Assembly (NCBI GenBank): GCA_034428395.1
Contig: DAOUHX010000424.1
Coordinates: 62,679 to 126,678 of the forward strand
DNA length: 64,000 nucleotides
DNA from: Caldilineaceae bacterium
GTDB lineage: Bacteria > Chloroflexota > Anaerolineae > Caldilineales > Caldilineaceae
Direction of reading: 5' to 3'
Shown here: in pieces, positions 27,964 to 35,960 of the stretch
Layout: every line of letters begins with the position of its first letter
How positions within the stretch are numbered: position 1 is the stretch's first letter
Translations under genes and position numbers: made by a program
The notes under the pieces: model-generated
What the model was told of the DNA's origin: nothing
What the model saw: only the letters and a program-made list of their open reading frames with translations
The model's database searches: none

Positions 27964-28272
27964 CCACTGCAGTCCCCGGCCACGAATCACGAATCCCGGC
28001 CGCTCTGGGCGGTCGGGCCTTTCCGGCCCTCCCTTGTGCGGGGGACCCCCTGCAACGCCCCCCTGACACCTCTCCTCCAGCCACGTGCCGCTGCTTTGGA
28101 CAGTCAGAGGTCAGCGCAGCCGTGGTGATGCCATCGTGTGTCCCCGGTTCCAGCTGACGTGTCAGCGCCAGCAAGGGTGTGCCGCCGTGCCGCCGCGTCC
28201 CCAGCCGATCGCGCGTTCACCCGGCGCCTCCAGTTCCTGACCACTTATCACTATCCACTATCCACTGCAGTC
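27964..28272. repeat. Dispersed copy of the 8681-9516 repeat element, bounded by an 11-bp direct repeat (MITE/REP-like)
   Basis: CCACTGCAGTC occurs at 27964-27974 and 28262-28272. Inside are CACGAA heptads, GGTCGGGCCTTTCCGGCCCTCCCTTGTGCGGGGGACCCCCTGCAACGCCCCCCTG (28011-28065, matching 8731-8789), a degenerate 51-bp-type sub-repeat, and TATCCAC heptads (28249-28265). Confidence 0.7.
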
Positions 28273-28392
28273 AGGCCTTGGGCCTGCTGCCCCTCCCAGA
28301 ACCGGCAAGCAACTCCAGCAATCGCTGGCATGCAACTCCCGCCAGACGACTCCCACCCCAACAGTGGGCTGCACCTGTACCGTGCAGAAAAC

Positions 28393-28422
28393 TGGACAAG
28401 ACCTTAACAAATCCGGTATAAT
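28393..28422 (+). promoter_or_regulatory. Candidate sigma70 promoter of the MerR/B12 regulator gene
   Basis: TGGACA (28393-28398), 18-nt spacer, TATAAT (28417-28422). About 50 nt upstream of ATG 28473. Confidence 0.4.
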
Positions 28423-28472
28423 CTGGTGAATCCGGCTCCTTTGTTGTGCACAATCGGCGAAAATGAGGCTCT

Positions 28473-29873
28473 ATGAACGCGGAGAGTCCCACATTCAATC
28501 TCAAGGCAGTGGTGCAGGAAACGGACATAAAGGCGGAGACGTTGCGCGCCTGGGAGCGTCGCTACGGCATTCCCCGCCCTGAGCGCAGCCCCGGAGGGCA
28601 TCGCGTCTATTCGCGGCGAGATATCGAGACGCTGCACTGGCTGAAGCGGCGCAAACTGGAGGGACTCAGCATCAGTCGGGCTGCGGCCCGCTGGCATGCC
28701 GTCGTCAGCGCAGGTGGAGACCCACTCCAGGATCCGGGCGAGGCCAAAGCCGCGTCTGGGGCCGGTCGAAGGTCATCTCACGAGCCTCTTGCAGGCCGGC
28801 AACGCTCTCCCGAACACGACCTTCAGGTCGCAGCCGCACGTTCGGAGTGGCTAGCAGCGTGTCTTGCCTACGACGAAATCGCCGCCATTGATGCGCTGAG
28901 TCAGGCCTTCGCGCGTTTCTCCGTCGAGACCGTCTGTCTCGACCTTCTATGTTGGGCCTTGAGGCAGCTGGGTGAAGAGTGGCACGCCTGCAATGCCGCC
29001 GTGCAACAGGTACACTATGCCACAGGACTTGCCATGCAGCGGATCGAGATCCTGCTCGGCGGGTCCCCGCTCGGCCGGCGCCCGGGCCAGATACTACTAG
29101 CCTGCCCACCTGAAGAGCATCATACCTTCGGGCTCGCCCTGCTGCAGCTCTTCCTCAGGCGGAGAGGTTTCAGCACCGTAAATTTGGGCGGCAACGTCCC
29201 ACTGCAAGAGATGGAGAAGACGGTCCAGAAGACACGTCCCGACCTTGTCATCCTCTCGGCACAGCAACTGCATTCGGCCGGCAAACTGCTCGATTTGAGC
29301 GAAGTGATTCTCAGGCAGGATGTGCCGGTCGCCTTCGGCGGAAGGGTCTTCAATGCCTCGGAGTCAGTTCGGGCCGGCATCCCAGGCCACTTTATTGGAA
29401 CCGACCTGTTGGAGGCGGCCGGCGCTGTTGAGTGCCTACTGACGGGCACGCCACCTCCGGTCAAGCGTGCCCCTTCTTCGGCATCCTACGATGCCGCCCT
29501 CGCCGACTATTTCTCAAAGCGCCCCCTGATATTGGCTCAGGTCTGGACCGGCCTCATTTCCACGTATGAGACACAGGAAACGCTGGCCCAGGTCGACTCT
29601 TTCCTTTCCAGGAACATCATCGCCGCGCTGCGATTCGGGGACCTGTCGCTGCTCGCGATCGACGCCGATTGGCTCTGCGCGCTTCTTCATCACAGAGAAG
29701 TTCCTGTCTACGTGCTGGAAAAGTTTCTTACTGCCTATCGGTCGGCCGTAATCTCGGTGCAGGGTCGATTGGGGCACCCCGTTGCGGAGATGTTGGACAT
29801 TTTTCTGGAGCAAGTTCGCTCGCAAAACGAGCGCATCGTAAGCGCAAAAAACGACCACGCAAAGGACGCTTGA
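28473..29873 (+). CDS. MerR-family regulator with a cobalamin-binding domain (CarH/LitR-like) and a ~170-aa C-terminal extension
   Basis: N-terminal MerR HTH (LKAVVQETDIKAETLRAWERRYGIPRPERSPGGHRVYSRRDIETLHWL). B12-binding signature E-x-H-x-x-G (EHHTFG), then S at +42 and GG about 27 residues later. The helical-bundle segment reads W-x9-VH (GEEWHACNAAVQQVH). Confidence 0.75.
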   Translation: MNAESPTFNLKAVVQETDIKAETLRAWERRYGIPRPERSPGGHRVYSRRDIETLHWLKRRKLEGLSISRAAARWHAVVSAGGDPLQDPGEAKAASGAGRRSSHEPLAGRQRSPEHDLQVAAARSEWLAACLAYDEIAAIDALSQAFARFSVETVCLDLLCWALRQLGEEWHACNAAVQQVHYATGLAMQRIEILLGGSPLGRRPGQILLACPPEEHHTFGLALLQLFLRRRGFSTVNLGGNVPLQEMEKTVQKTRPDLVILSAQQLHSAGKLLDLSEVILRQDVPVAFGGRVFNASESVRAGIPGHFIGTDLLEAAGAVECLLTGTPPPVKRAPSSASYDAALADYFSKRPLILAQVWTGLISTYETQETLAQVDSFLSRNIIAALRFGDLSLLAIDADWLCALLHHREVPVYVLEKFLTAYRSAVISVQGRLGHPVAEMLDIFLEQVRSQNERIVSAKNDHAKDA

Positions 29874-29927
29874 CACTGCCTTCTCAGGCCCGCGAGTCGG
29901 ACCGGGCGACCCTTTCAAGGGCCCTGT

Positions 29928-30716
29928 ATTACCTATTCGGCCTTTCTGGCCCTGTTCTTGCCGTTTCCTGTCATGGCTGCCGCCGCGTTCGCACGGACCT
30001 TGCATCGACGCGGAAATCGTGTTCCTTCCCCCCTTCGAGCGTGGCCAGCAATGCCGCTACTGACGGGCCACGCGGCCCTTGCCGTTCTCGATACGCTCCT
30101 TGGGACAGCTAGCTTGTAGCCGCGTAGGACTTGAGGTGCGACCCGGCCCTGGTGAGCGGTCCCGTGATCGGATGTGTGCCGTTTGAGGAGAATCTCTTGT
30201 TCATCGCCAGGACCATATTGGTCGGACTTTGGACGCTGCTGGCAGCCCGGCTGTCGGGGCGCGACGGACGCAAACTGCTGCCGCGTCCGTTCCTTCGCCT
30301 GTCATCGACTTTGCTGGACGGCCTGACCGCGGCCTTCGGCGTCTACCTTTTGGCGAGCTAGCAACTCGCGACCACCTATCTCGGCCCGGAGCTGGTCTGG
30401 GCCGCCGCCCCGAAAGTAATTCAGCTCAGCTTCGGGGCTGACATTCTTTGGCACTACCGGTCGCAAATCGCCTTAACGCTGATTCCGGCCGCAGCCTGCC
30501 TTTCAATCGTCGACGCCCTGGCCATGGGCGCCGACACCTGGACCGGAAGCCCGCGGCAATCGTCAGGCATTTTCCTGGGCGGGGTGCGGCCTGCCTAAGA
30601 GGTGCTCATCTTTTTTGCTGACAACGGCCATGGTCCTCTTTGGGTTGACATTGATCCTGTCAAGGTTCAGTCACCAGCGCGCCGGAAGGCCGCCGTTCAA
30701 ATGGAGAAACGTATGA
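29928..30716 (+). pseudogene. Decayed lycopene-cyclase-domain gene (CrtYc/Yd-type, two-domain form)
   Basis: N-terminal segment in frame 0 (ITYSAFLALFLPFPV... ending at TAG 30117). Middle segment in frame 2 with GCVPFEENLLFI and IVDALAMGADTW..GGVRPA*EVLIFF (PxEE motifs), interrupted by TAG 30359 and TAA 30596. The tail returns to frame 0 after a T6 run (FLLTTAMVLFGLTLIL) and ends at TGA 30714-30716, overlapping the next gene's ATG (ATGA). Confidence 0.45.
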
Positions 30717-31447
30717 GAGGAAGAAGAATCCTGAAAGGGGCAATCTCCTCGCTGCTGGCGCTGCTCTGTGCGGTCGTTTCGACGCACATAGCCCTTGCCC
30801 ATCAGCCGTTCTTCGAAGGTCCCGATACGACCGCGTCGACGCCGCTGAGAGTCCGCGACCCGGTCATCTCGACGGCGCTCTTTTCGACCTTAGAGCAGCC
30901 CGATGACATCGATTTCTTCACTTTTTCCGTCACCGCCGGTCAAACGATAGAGATTGGGATGACCGTCCCACAGATAGAGGGCCAAGACCGGTTTGCCCCC
31001 CACGTCGGCATCCTCGCAATAGGGCTGGACAACGCTGTCATTCCCGATCTACCTGAAGCCGTTCGGCCCCTTGCCACAAGCCAAAAGGGGGCCCTGATTT
31101 TAGAACCGGCGCAGGCAACAGTTTTCTTCGAACCCTTCAGCCGCACGGCCTATTGGCGAAGGCAGCGCAAGAAAATCACCTTCCCGGTGGATGGTGAAGT
31201 CTACGTCGTCGTCTGGCATGCGCAGGGGTCGGTCGGCCGCTATGCACTGGTGGTGGGTCAGCGTGAGGTGCCGGGCGGCGACTCGGACTTCTCCCGCAAG
31301 TTGAAGGCGTACTGGACGCCCGTTGAAAAGGCTCCCGACAGCCGTACGCAGCCCGACTCGGATGCAGCGCAGGAAAGCGCGCCCAAATGCAATTGGCTCG
31401 TGAGGTTGCTGGCCGCCCTGTTCGGCTCGGGCGACATCTGCTCGTAA
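30713..31447 (+). CDS. Secreted hypothetical protein (predicted mature N-terminus His-Gln-Pro)
   Basis: ATG 30713 is preceded by GGAG at 6 nt. Signal peptide MRGRRILKGAISSLLALLCAVVSTHIALA | HQPFFEG. The middle segment DDIDFFTFSVTAGQTIEI resembles pre-peptidase C-terminal (PPC)-type beta-sandwich motifs. Confidence 0.5.
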   Translation: MRGRRILKGAISSLLALLCAVVSTHIALAHQPFFEGPDTTASTPLRVRDPVISTALFSTLEQPDDIDFFTFSVTAGQTIEIGMTVPQIEGQDRFAPHVGILAIGLDNAVIPDLPEAVRPLATSQKGALILEPAQATVFFEPFSRTAYWRRQRKKITFPVDGEVYVVVWHAQGSVGRYALVVGQREVPGGDSDFSRKLKAYWTPVEKAPDSRTQPDSDAAQESAPKCNWLVRLLAALFGSGDICS

Positions 31448-31606
31448 CCGGTCTCCGTCTCTGATCGGCCAGACTATGATTGCATCTTTCCGTACGGCTG
31501 AGGTTTCCGCGAGTCTGCAACACCAGTTCGGGCCCGCCTCTGGCCTGTTGATGACCGGCCTCGAAGTGCCGGCTTTGTGGTGGCAGTTCGGGTATGAAGG
31601 GCCGAT

Positions 31607-32404
31607 GTGGAAAGGGCGCAGGGCGGTCGCGTGAAAGTAATCACACGGAGCAAAACGTTTACTGCTGAAGGAAGTGCCGGGGTTCCCCCTGAAGGTGTCG
31701 TCCACCTGTGGTCTTGGCTTCTGCCCGTGGAGGAACTGACCCTGTCAGAACTCGAAGGGACGCTGTCCGACGACGAGTGGCGACGCGTCCGCCGCCTCCG
31801 TTCGCACCGCGACGCCCGCCGCTTCATCTCACGCAGGGGAATGATGAGGCAGATCCTGGGCAGCTACCTGGAATTGCACGCCCACGAACTGGCGTTTTGC
31901 TACGGGGGGCAGGGGAAGCCCTTCCTGGCTCCGTCCCAGGCGCGTTCTCTTTCCTTCAATCTTAGCGATTCAGGGGAATTGGCTGTTCTCGCCGTCTGCT
32001 CCGGCCATCCGATCGGCGTTGACGTCGAGCGTATTCGGCCGTGCACCGAAGCCGCCGGGATAGACGCAGTCGCCTTCGCCCAAAGCGGAATCGGGCAGGC
32101 GAATGCCCGTCCTCCATTAGTCGACGCAGACTCATTCTTTCGGTCCTGGACCAGGAAAGAGGCCGTCGTCAAAGCCAGAGGCAGCGGCCTCCAGCTCTTG
32201 TCCGGGGGGATGACCCCTTCTCAGGCAGCCCATGCCCTTCCACCACCACCGCACAGTCAACTCGATGATGGGCCCGGACCCTGGCGCGTCTACCCGCTTC
32301 CCCTGCCTCCCTGTTACGCCGGCGCGCTGGCGGCATCTCAGGAAATAGAGACGATCGCCTGCTTTCCCTGCGCCCCCGATCTTGCGCCGGTTTCAGGCCC
32401 TTAG
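31607..32404 (+). CDS. 4'-phosphopantetheinyl transferase, Sfp type
   Basis: VHLWSW...RFISRRGMMRQILGSYL...GKPFLA...FNLSDSGELAVLAV...GVDVERI...FFRSWTRKEAVVKARG are the Sfp-family motifs. GTG start at 31607, or 31631. Confidence 0.8.
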   Translation: MERAQGGRVKVITRSKTFTAEGSAGVPPEGVVHLWSWLLPVEELTLSELEGTLSDDEWRRVRRLRSHRDARRFISRRGMMRQILGSYLELHAHELAFCYGGQGKPFLAPSQARSLSFNLSDSGELAVLAVCSGHPIGVDVERIRPCTEAAGIDAVAFAQSGIGQANARPPLVDADSFFRSWTRKEAVVKARGSGLQLLSGGMTPSQAAHALPPPPHSQLDDGPGPWRVYPLPLPPCYAGALAASQEIETIACFPCAPDLAPVSGP

Positions 32405-32505
32405 CTGCACCTACTCCTGTTCGCCAGCGAAGCGCGCTACGCGTACGTGGCGTCTCTGGGCTCGGCCTGTCCTGTTTCCATTTCCCTGAGTTGGTTCGAC
32501 ACCAC

Positions 32506-33318
32506 TCATTCTCTCACGTTGTCCACCCCCAACGCCTCCAGCCGCGTCGCCATCTTCTCCCGCGCTTGACCGCCCTTCCGCATCATCTCCCTGCTGTAAA
32601 CGCGTGGATGATTCTCGTTCAAATGGGCGCGAACGGTCGCGCGCAGAGCGGAGATTTCCAGCAGATCGTCCAACGGATCGGGTGTGTAGCCAATGAACAT
32701 TGTGCGGCGCGGCCGCCCGTCGCTGCGCCTGAACGCGGAGTGCCACAGACGATTGTCCCATAGCACAACGTCTCCCGGACTCGTCTCCAGGGAAACCGCG
32801 CCGGGAACATCACGAGGATCGAGCCGCAGGCGCGGGCGCCGCTCATCCCAATAACCGCAGGAGCGGAAGACGGCCGCACAGAATTCAGGATGATGGCTGC
32901 CCGGGATTACATTCAGGGCACCCTGGCTCGCGTCCTGTTCGTCGAGGTAGATAGCAGTCTTCAACGTGAGTACCTCACGCCCGGGGGCACCGTCGGAGTG
33001 CCATGGCGTGTCATCCAGATTGGCCCACATGTCGCTGCCGCCGTTATAGAGACATTCAGTGCCCCAAATGTCGCGCATCGCCTCCATCACACCGGGATGC
33101 TCGATGAGTTCGCCGAAGGCGTCATCTGCCTCGACAAAGGGCGAGAGCGTTCTCGTGCCGGCTCCTCCGCCGAAATAGTTATTGACCGGGGCGCCCGCAA
33201 TGACGCGATCGTGCGCCTCCAGCAGGCGGGCGACTTCGCGCGAGCTGAGGCAGCTCCTCAGGACAACATATCCGAACGCACGAAATCTACCGATCTCCAG
33301 GTCTGGTAGCATGCCCAC
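32506..33318 (-). CDS. Phytanoyl-CoA dioxygenase (PhyH) family Fe(II)/2-oxoglutarate oxygenase
   Basis: 270 aa. WHSDG (HxD), NVIPGSHH, and VVLWDNRLWHSAF (distal His) fit the PhyH fold. Confidence 0.8.
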   Translation of the reverse strand: MGMLPDLEIGRFRAFGYVVLRSCLSSREVARLLEAHDRVIAGAPVNNYFGGGAGTRTLSPFVEADDAFGELIEHPGVMEAMRDIWGTECLYNGGSDMWANLDDTPWHSDGAPGREVLTLKTAIYLDEQDASQGALNVIPGSHHPEFCAAVFRSCGYWDERRPRLRLDPRDVPGAVSLETSPGDVVLWDNRLWHSAFRRSDGRPRRTMFIGYTPDPLDDLLEISALRATVRAHLNENHPRVYSREMMRKGGQAREKMATRLEALGVDNVRE

Positions 33319-33339
33319 TTCCCTCTGCTGCTTTTCTCT

Positions 33340-34383
33340 TCATGAATCCGATTGGCCTCCGGCCAGCGCGCGGTGGCGCAGGAGAAGCTGCCCGGCCTCC
33401 CCGTTGGCAGCGTCAAGCAGCGCCCTCATGTACCCTACGGCAAAGGCTACGGAGGTATGGTTTTTTTCACCATCAACTCCCAGGCCAGGCACGTGGTCGT
33501 ACATTAGCGCGCCTTCATACCCCACTTCTTTGTATGTCAGCATGGCTTCCAGCGCGTCGACGTGGCCTTCATCGATGAAGGTTTCGGAGAAAGCGGGCAC
33601 CGTCCCCGTCACGTTGCGGAAGTGAACGTAGAAGATCTTGTCCCTGCAACCGAAATACCTGATCGCGTCGAGAACATTACCCGGCATCTCCGAAACAGTG
33701 CCCTGGCAGAACCACAGGCCGTTATAGTCGCTGGGCTCGATCTCGATGAAACGCTTCAACGCCGCGTGGCTCCTCATAATGCGAGCAACACCGGCAATCG
33801 GCGAGATAGGCGGATCGTCAGGGTGAAGCGCCATCCTCACCCCAGCCTCCTCGGCAACCGGAATAACGGCCTTGAGGAAATACGCAAGGTTCTCCCACAT
33901 CTGCTCGTCCGTCACCTCCTGCTCCTCGCTGACCGGAGGGTCCCAGTAGTCCTGCCTGGCGCCCTGCACGAGGTCATAGTCGAAGCTCGGCACAATCGCA
34001 CCGCCCCGGCCGCGCGTCGTCTTGGAGGTTCGCAATCCATAGTTGCCGTCGCGGCAGCGCAGTGAGAAAAAGTAGCCCAGCACCGGCACGCCGGCAGCGC
34101 CCATGTTTCTCAGTGACCTGCACCAGTTTTCTATCTGCTCGTCTCTGCCGGGAAGTCCCAGTTTTATCTTGTCGCACCAGTCCTGCGGAACGCCGCCAAG
34201 AACTGCCCACTTCAGGCCGGCATCCTCGATTTTCTGCTTCAACAGTAGGAGGTCTTGAAACTCGTAGTAGCCTCTGTCCGAACTGCCAATGAGCTGGCCT
34301 CCCGCGTCGACGTGCGTGGCACCCAGTTGCCGCGCCAGCGTCAGAGATTCATTGCCATAGCCGGAAGACATTGCCAGCTTCAT
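33340..34383 (-). CDS. UxuA-like (mannonate dehydratase family) protein, second paralogue
   Basis: KLGLPGRDEQIENWCRSLRNMGAAGVPVLGYFF and FYVHFRNVTGTVPAFSETFIDEGHVD parallel the gene at 6550-7527. Start re-set to ATG 34383. Confidence 0.7.
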   Translation of the reverse strand: MKLAMSSGYGNESLTLARQLGATHVDAGGQLIGSSDRGYYEFQDLLLLKQKIEDAGLKWAVLGGVPQDWCDKIKLGLPGRDEQIENWCRSLRNMGAAGVPVLGYFFSLRCRDGNYGLRTSKTTRGRGGAIVPSFDYDLVQGARQDYWDPPVSEEQEVTDEQMWENLAYFLKAVIPVAEEAGVRMALHPDDPPISPIAGVARIMRSHAALKRFIEIEPSDYNGLWFCQGTVSEMPGNVLDAIRYFGCRDKIFYVHFRNVTGTVPAFSETFIDEGHVDALEAMLTYKEVGYEGALMYDHVPGLGVDGEKNHTSVAFAVGYMRALLDAANGEAGQLLLRHRALAGGQSDS

Positions 34384-34487
34384 GCGCGTATTTTGGCACA
34401 CCCCGCCGAATGCAAGCCGGGCGGGCCGCCTCCCTCCAATAGATCCCAACTGTTCAATTATTGGCCCCGAAAGGCCGAGAACGGGCT

Positions 34488-35696
34488 CTAATCAAACTGC
34501 CGGTCGCTCTGATGGAACGCTTTGCCCTTGCCCCGAACCAGATCGGCCCTCTGCCAGGTCCCTATCGTCCGGCAGATATAGTGGCCCTCGCCGAGACTCG
34601 ATTTCAGCTCCTCTTGCGTGACCCATTGGTGGGGCGTGCTGTCCGGCATCTCCAAGTCCAGCCCTTCGTCCAGCACGGCATACACCCGGCAGATGCCCTC
34701 CTCCATCTCAATGTCTTCGATGTAGGTCATCCACGGAATGTCCACCCCTATCTGATCTTTCGTCAAGGCCTGCAGGGAAGCGATCCGCGCTCCCACGTCC
34801 CAGCCGCCCGTACCCTCCTCTTCCCATCCCTCGCCTCCGGGCAGGTCCCAGCAATCGTTTTCAATGTCGCCCAGAAGCAGAAACTGGGATTCCCCGCCCG
34901 ACGAGCGCTCGATCAGCAAGCGCGTCGTGGTAATCGGCTTGTCAAAGCAGACCGGAATCAGCCGTTTGCCTGCGTCGCTAAGCGCGTTCAGCGCGGCCGG
35001 ATTGTACGGATAATAGCCCGCCGCGGGCGGCGCACTGGACGCGCAGAACTTATGGAAAATGCCGCAGCGGTCTTCCAGTGCCGTGCCTGTCGGTGCCAGG
35101 TGCCACGTATGCTGGTTCGCCAGCAACAGGTCGCCCGCCCTCAGCTCCGGATCAACGAAAGGGGCCAGTTGCTCCGGGTCGGGGCCCCGAAGGTCCAGAA
35201 CGCGCGCCTCCTCGTCAACAACCTGAGTCAGCTTATGCGAGCCGGGAGAGACCAGAAACTGCCCGAACTCAACGTCGAAATCCGTGAGCGGAATGATGGC
35301 GAACATCCAGTTCATCGAGGAGCCGACCGGCCGCCAGCGCTTGTAGTCGCAGTGCGCGGGACCTCCCTTATTACCCGGAGTGCGCACGTAGGCGACGAAC
35401 GCGGCAAGATGGGCCGGCTGACCCAACAGGCCCTCGACTGCGTCGATCATGCCCGCGTGTTCTGCCATCGGGGCCATCCCCGGTTCAGCCAGCTTGTTGC
35501 CGCTGACCGTGTATTTAGCCGGCTCAGGGTATTTCAGCGTGGGCGGGTACGCGTTGATCTGCGCCTGTTGCCGAACGACACCGCGCCAGGCTTCAACTTC
35601 GTCAGCGGAAAGTAGATTGCGAACGATCAGATAGCCGTCCTCTTCGTAGCTGGCCTTCTGCTCTTCGCTGATGGTCGAACGCACTGTCATCGTCAT
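34488..35696 (-). CDS. PhyH-family dioxygenase fused to a C-terminal degenerate Nudix-like domain
   Basis: 402 aa. N-terminal YEEDGYLIVRNLLSADEV, HCDY (HxD) and NQHTWHLAP. The C-terminal ~150 aa carry CWDLPGGEGWEEEG... (Nudix-like LPGG) but lack the REUxEE catalytic box. Confidence 0.65.
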   Translation of the reverse strand: MTMTVRSTISEEQKASYEEDGYLIVRNLLSADEVEAWRGVVRQQAQINAYPPTLKYPEPAKYTVSGNKLAEPGMAPMAEHAGMIDAVEGLLGQPAHLAAFVAYVRTPGNKGGPAHCDYKRWRPVGSSMNWMFAIIPLTDFDVEFGQFLVSPGSHKLTQVVDEEARVLDLRGPDPEQLAPFVDPELRAGDLLLANQHTWHLAPTGTALEDRCGIFHKFCASSAPPAAGYYPYNPAALNALSDAGKRLIPVCFDKPITTTRLLIERSSGGESQFLLLGDIENDCWDLPGGEGWEEEGTGGWDVGARIASLQALTKDQIGVDIPWMTYIEDIEMEEGICRVYAVLDEGLDLEMPDSTPHQWVTQEELKSSLGEGHYICRTIGTWQRADLVRGKGKAFHQSDRQFD

Positions 35697-35960
35697 CGCG
35701 CTTTCTCCACGTGGAAAAGGAAGTGAGGGGACTACTGTGTCTTGTTGTCGCTTCGGCTCCGGAGGAGACAGGACCTCCCCACCGGCCGCTGCGCCATTCC
35801 GAGCCCTTTCGCCCAGCCGCGCCCGTCAGGGCTGAACTTGCATGTGGTAGCCAGCATACCAGAAGCATCTGGACCGAGAAAGCCGCGATTCCGGTCTCGC
35901 CGCAGGCTTCCAACAAGGCAAAGCGGCAGATCAGGCCTGCTTGGCAGCACTTAGGCGGGC

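Noticed and set aside
30131-31447. ORF-track entries 30131-30361 (76 aa) and 30602-31447 (281 aa) as intact genes.
   Set aside because: The first is one fragment of the decayed cyclase gene. The second fuses pseudogene tail sequence to the real secreted-protein gene, whose RBS-supported start is ATG 30713.
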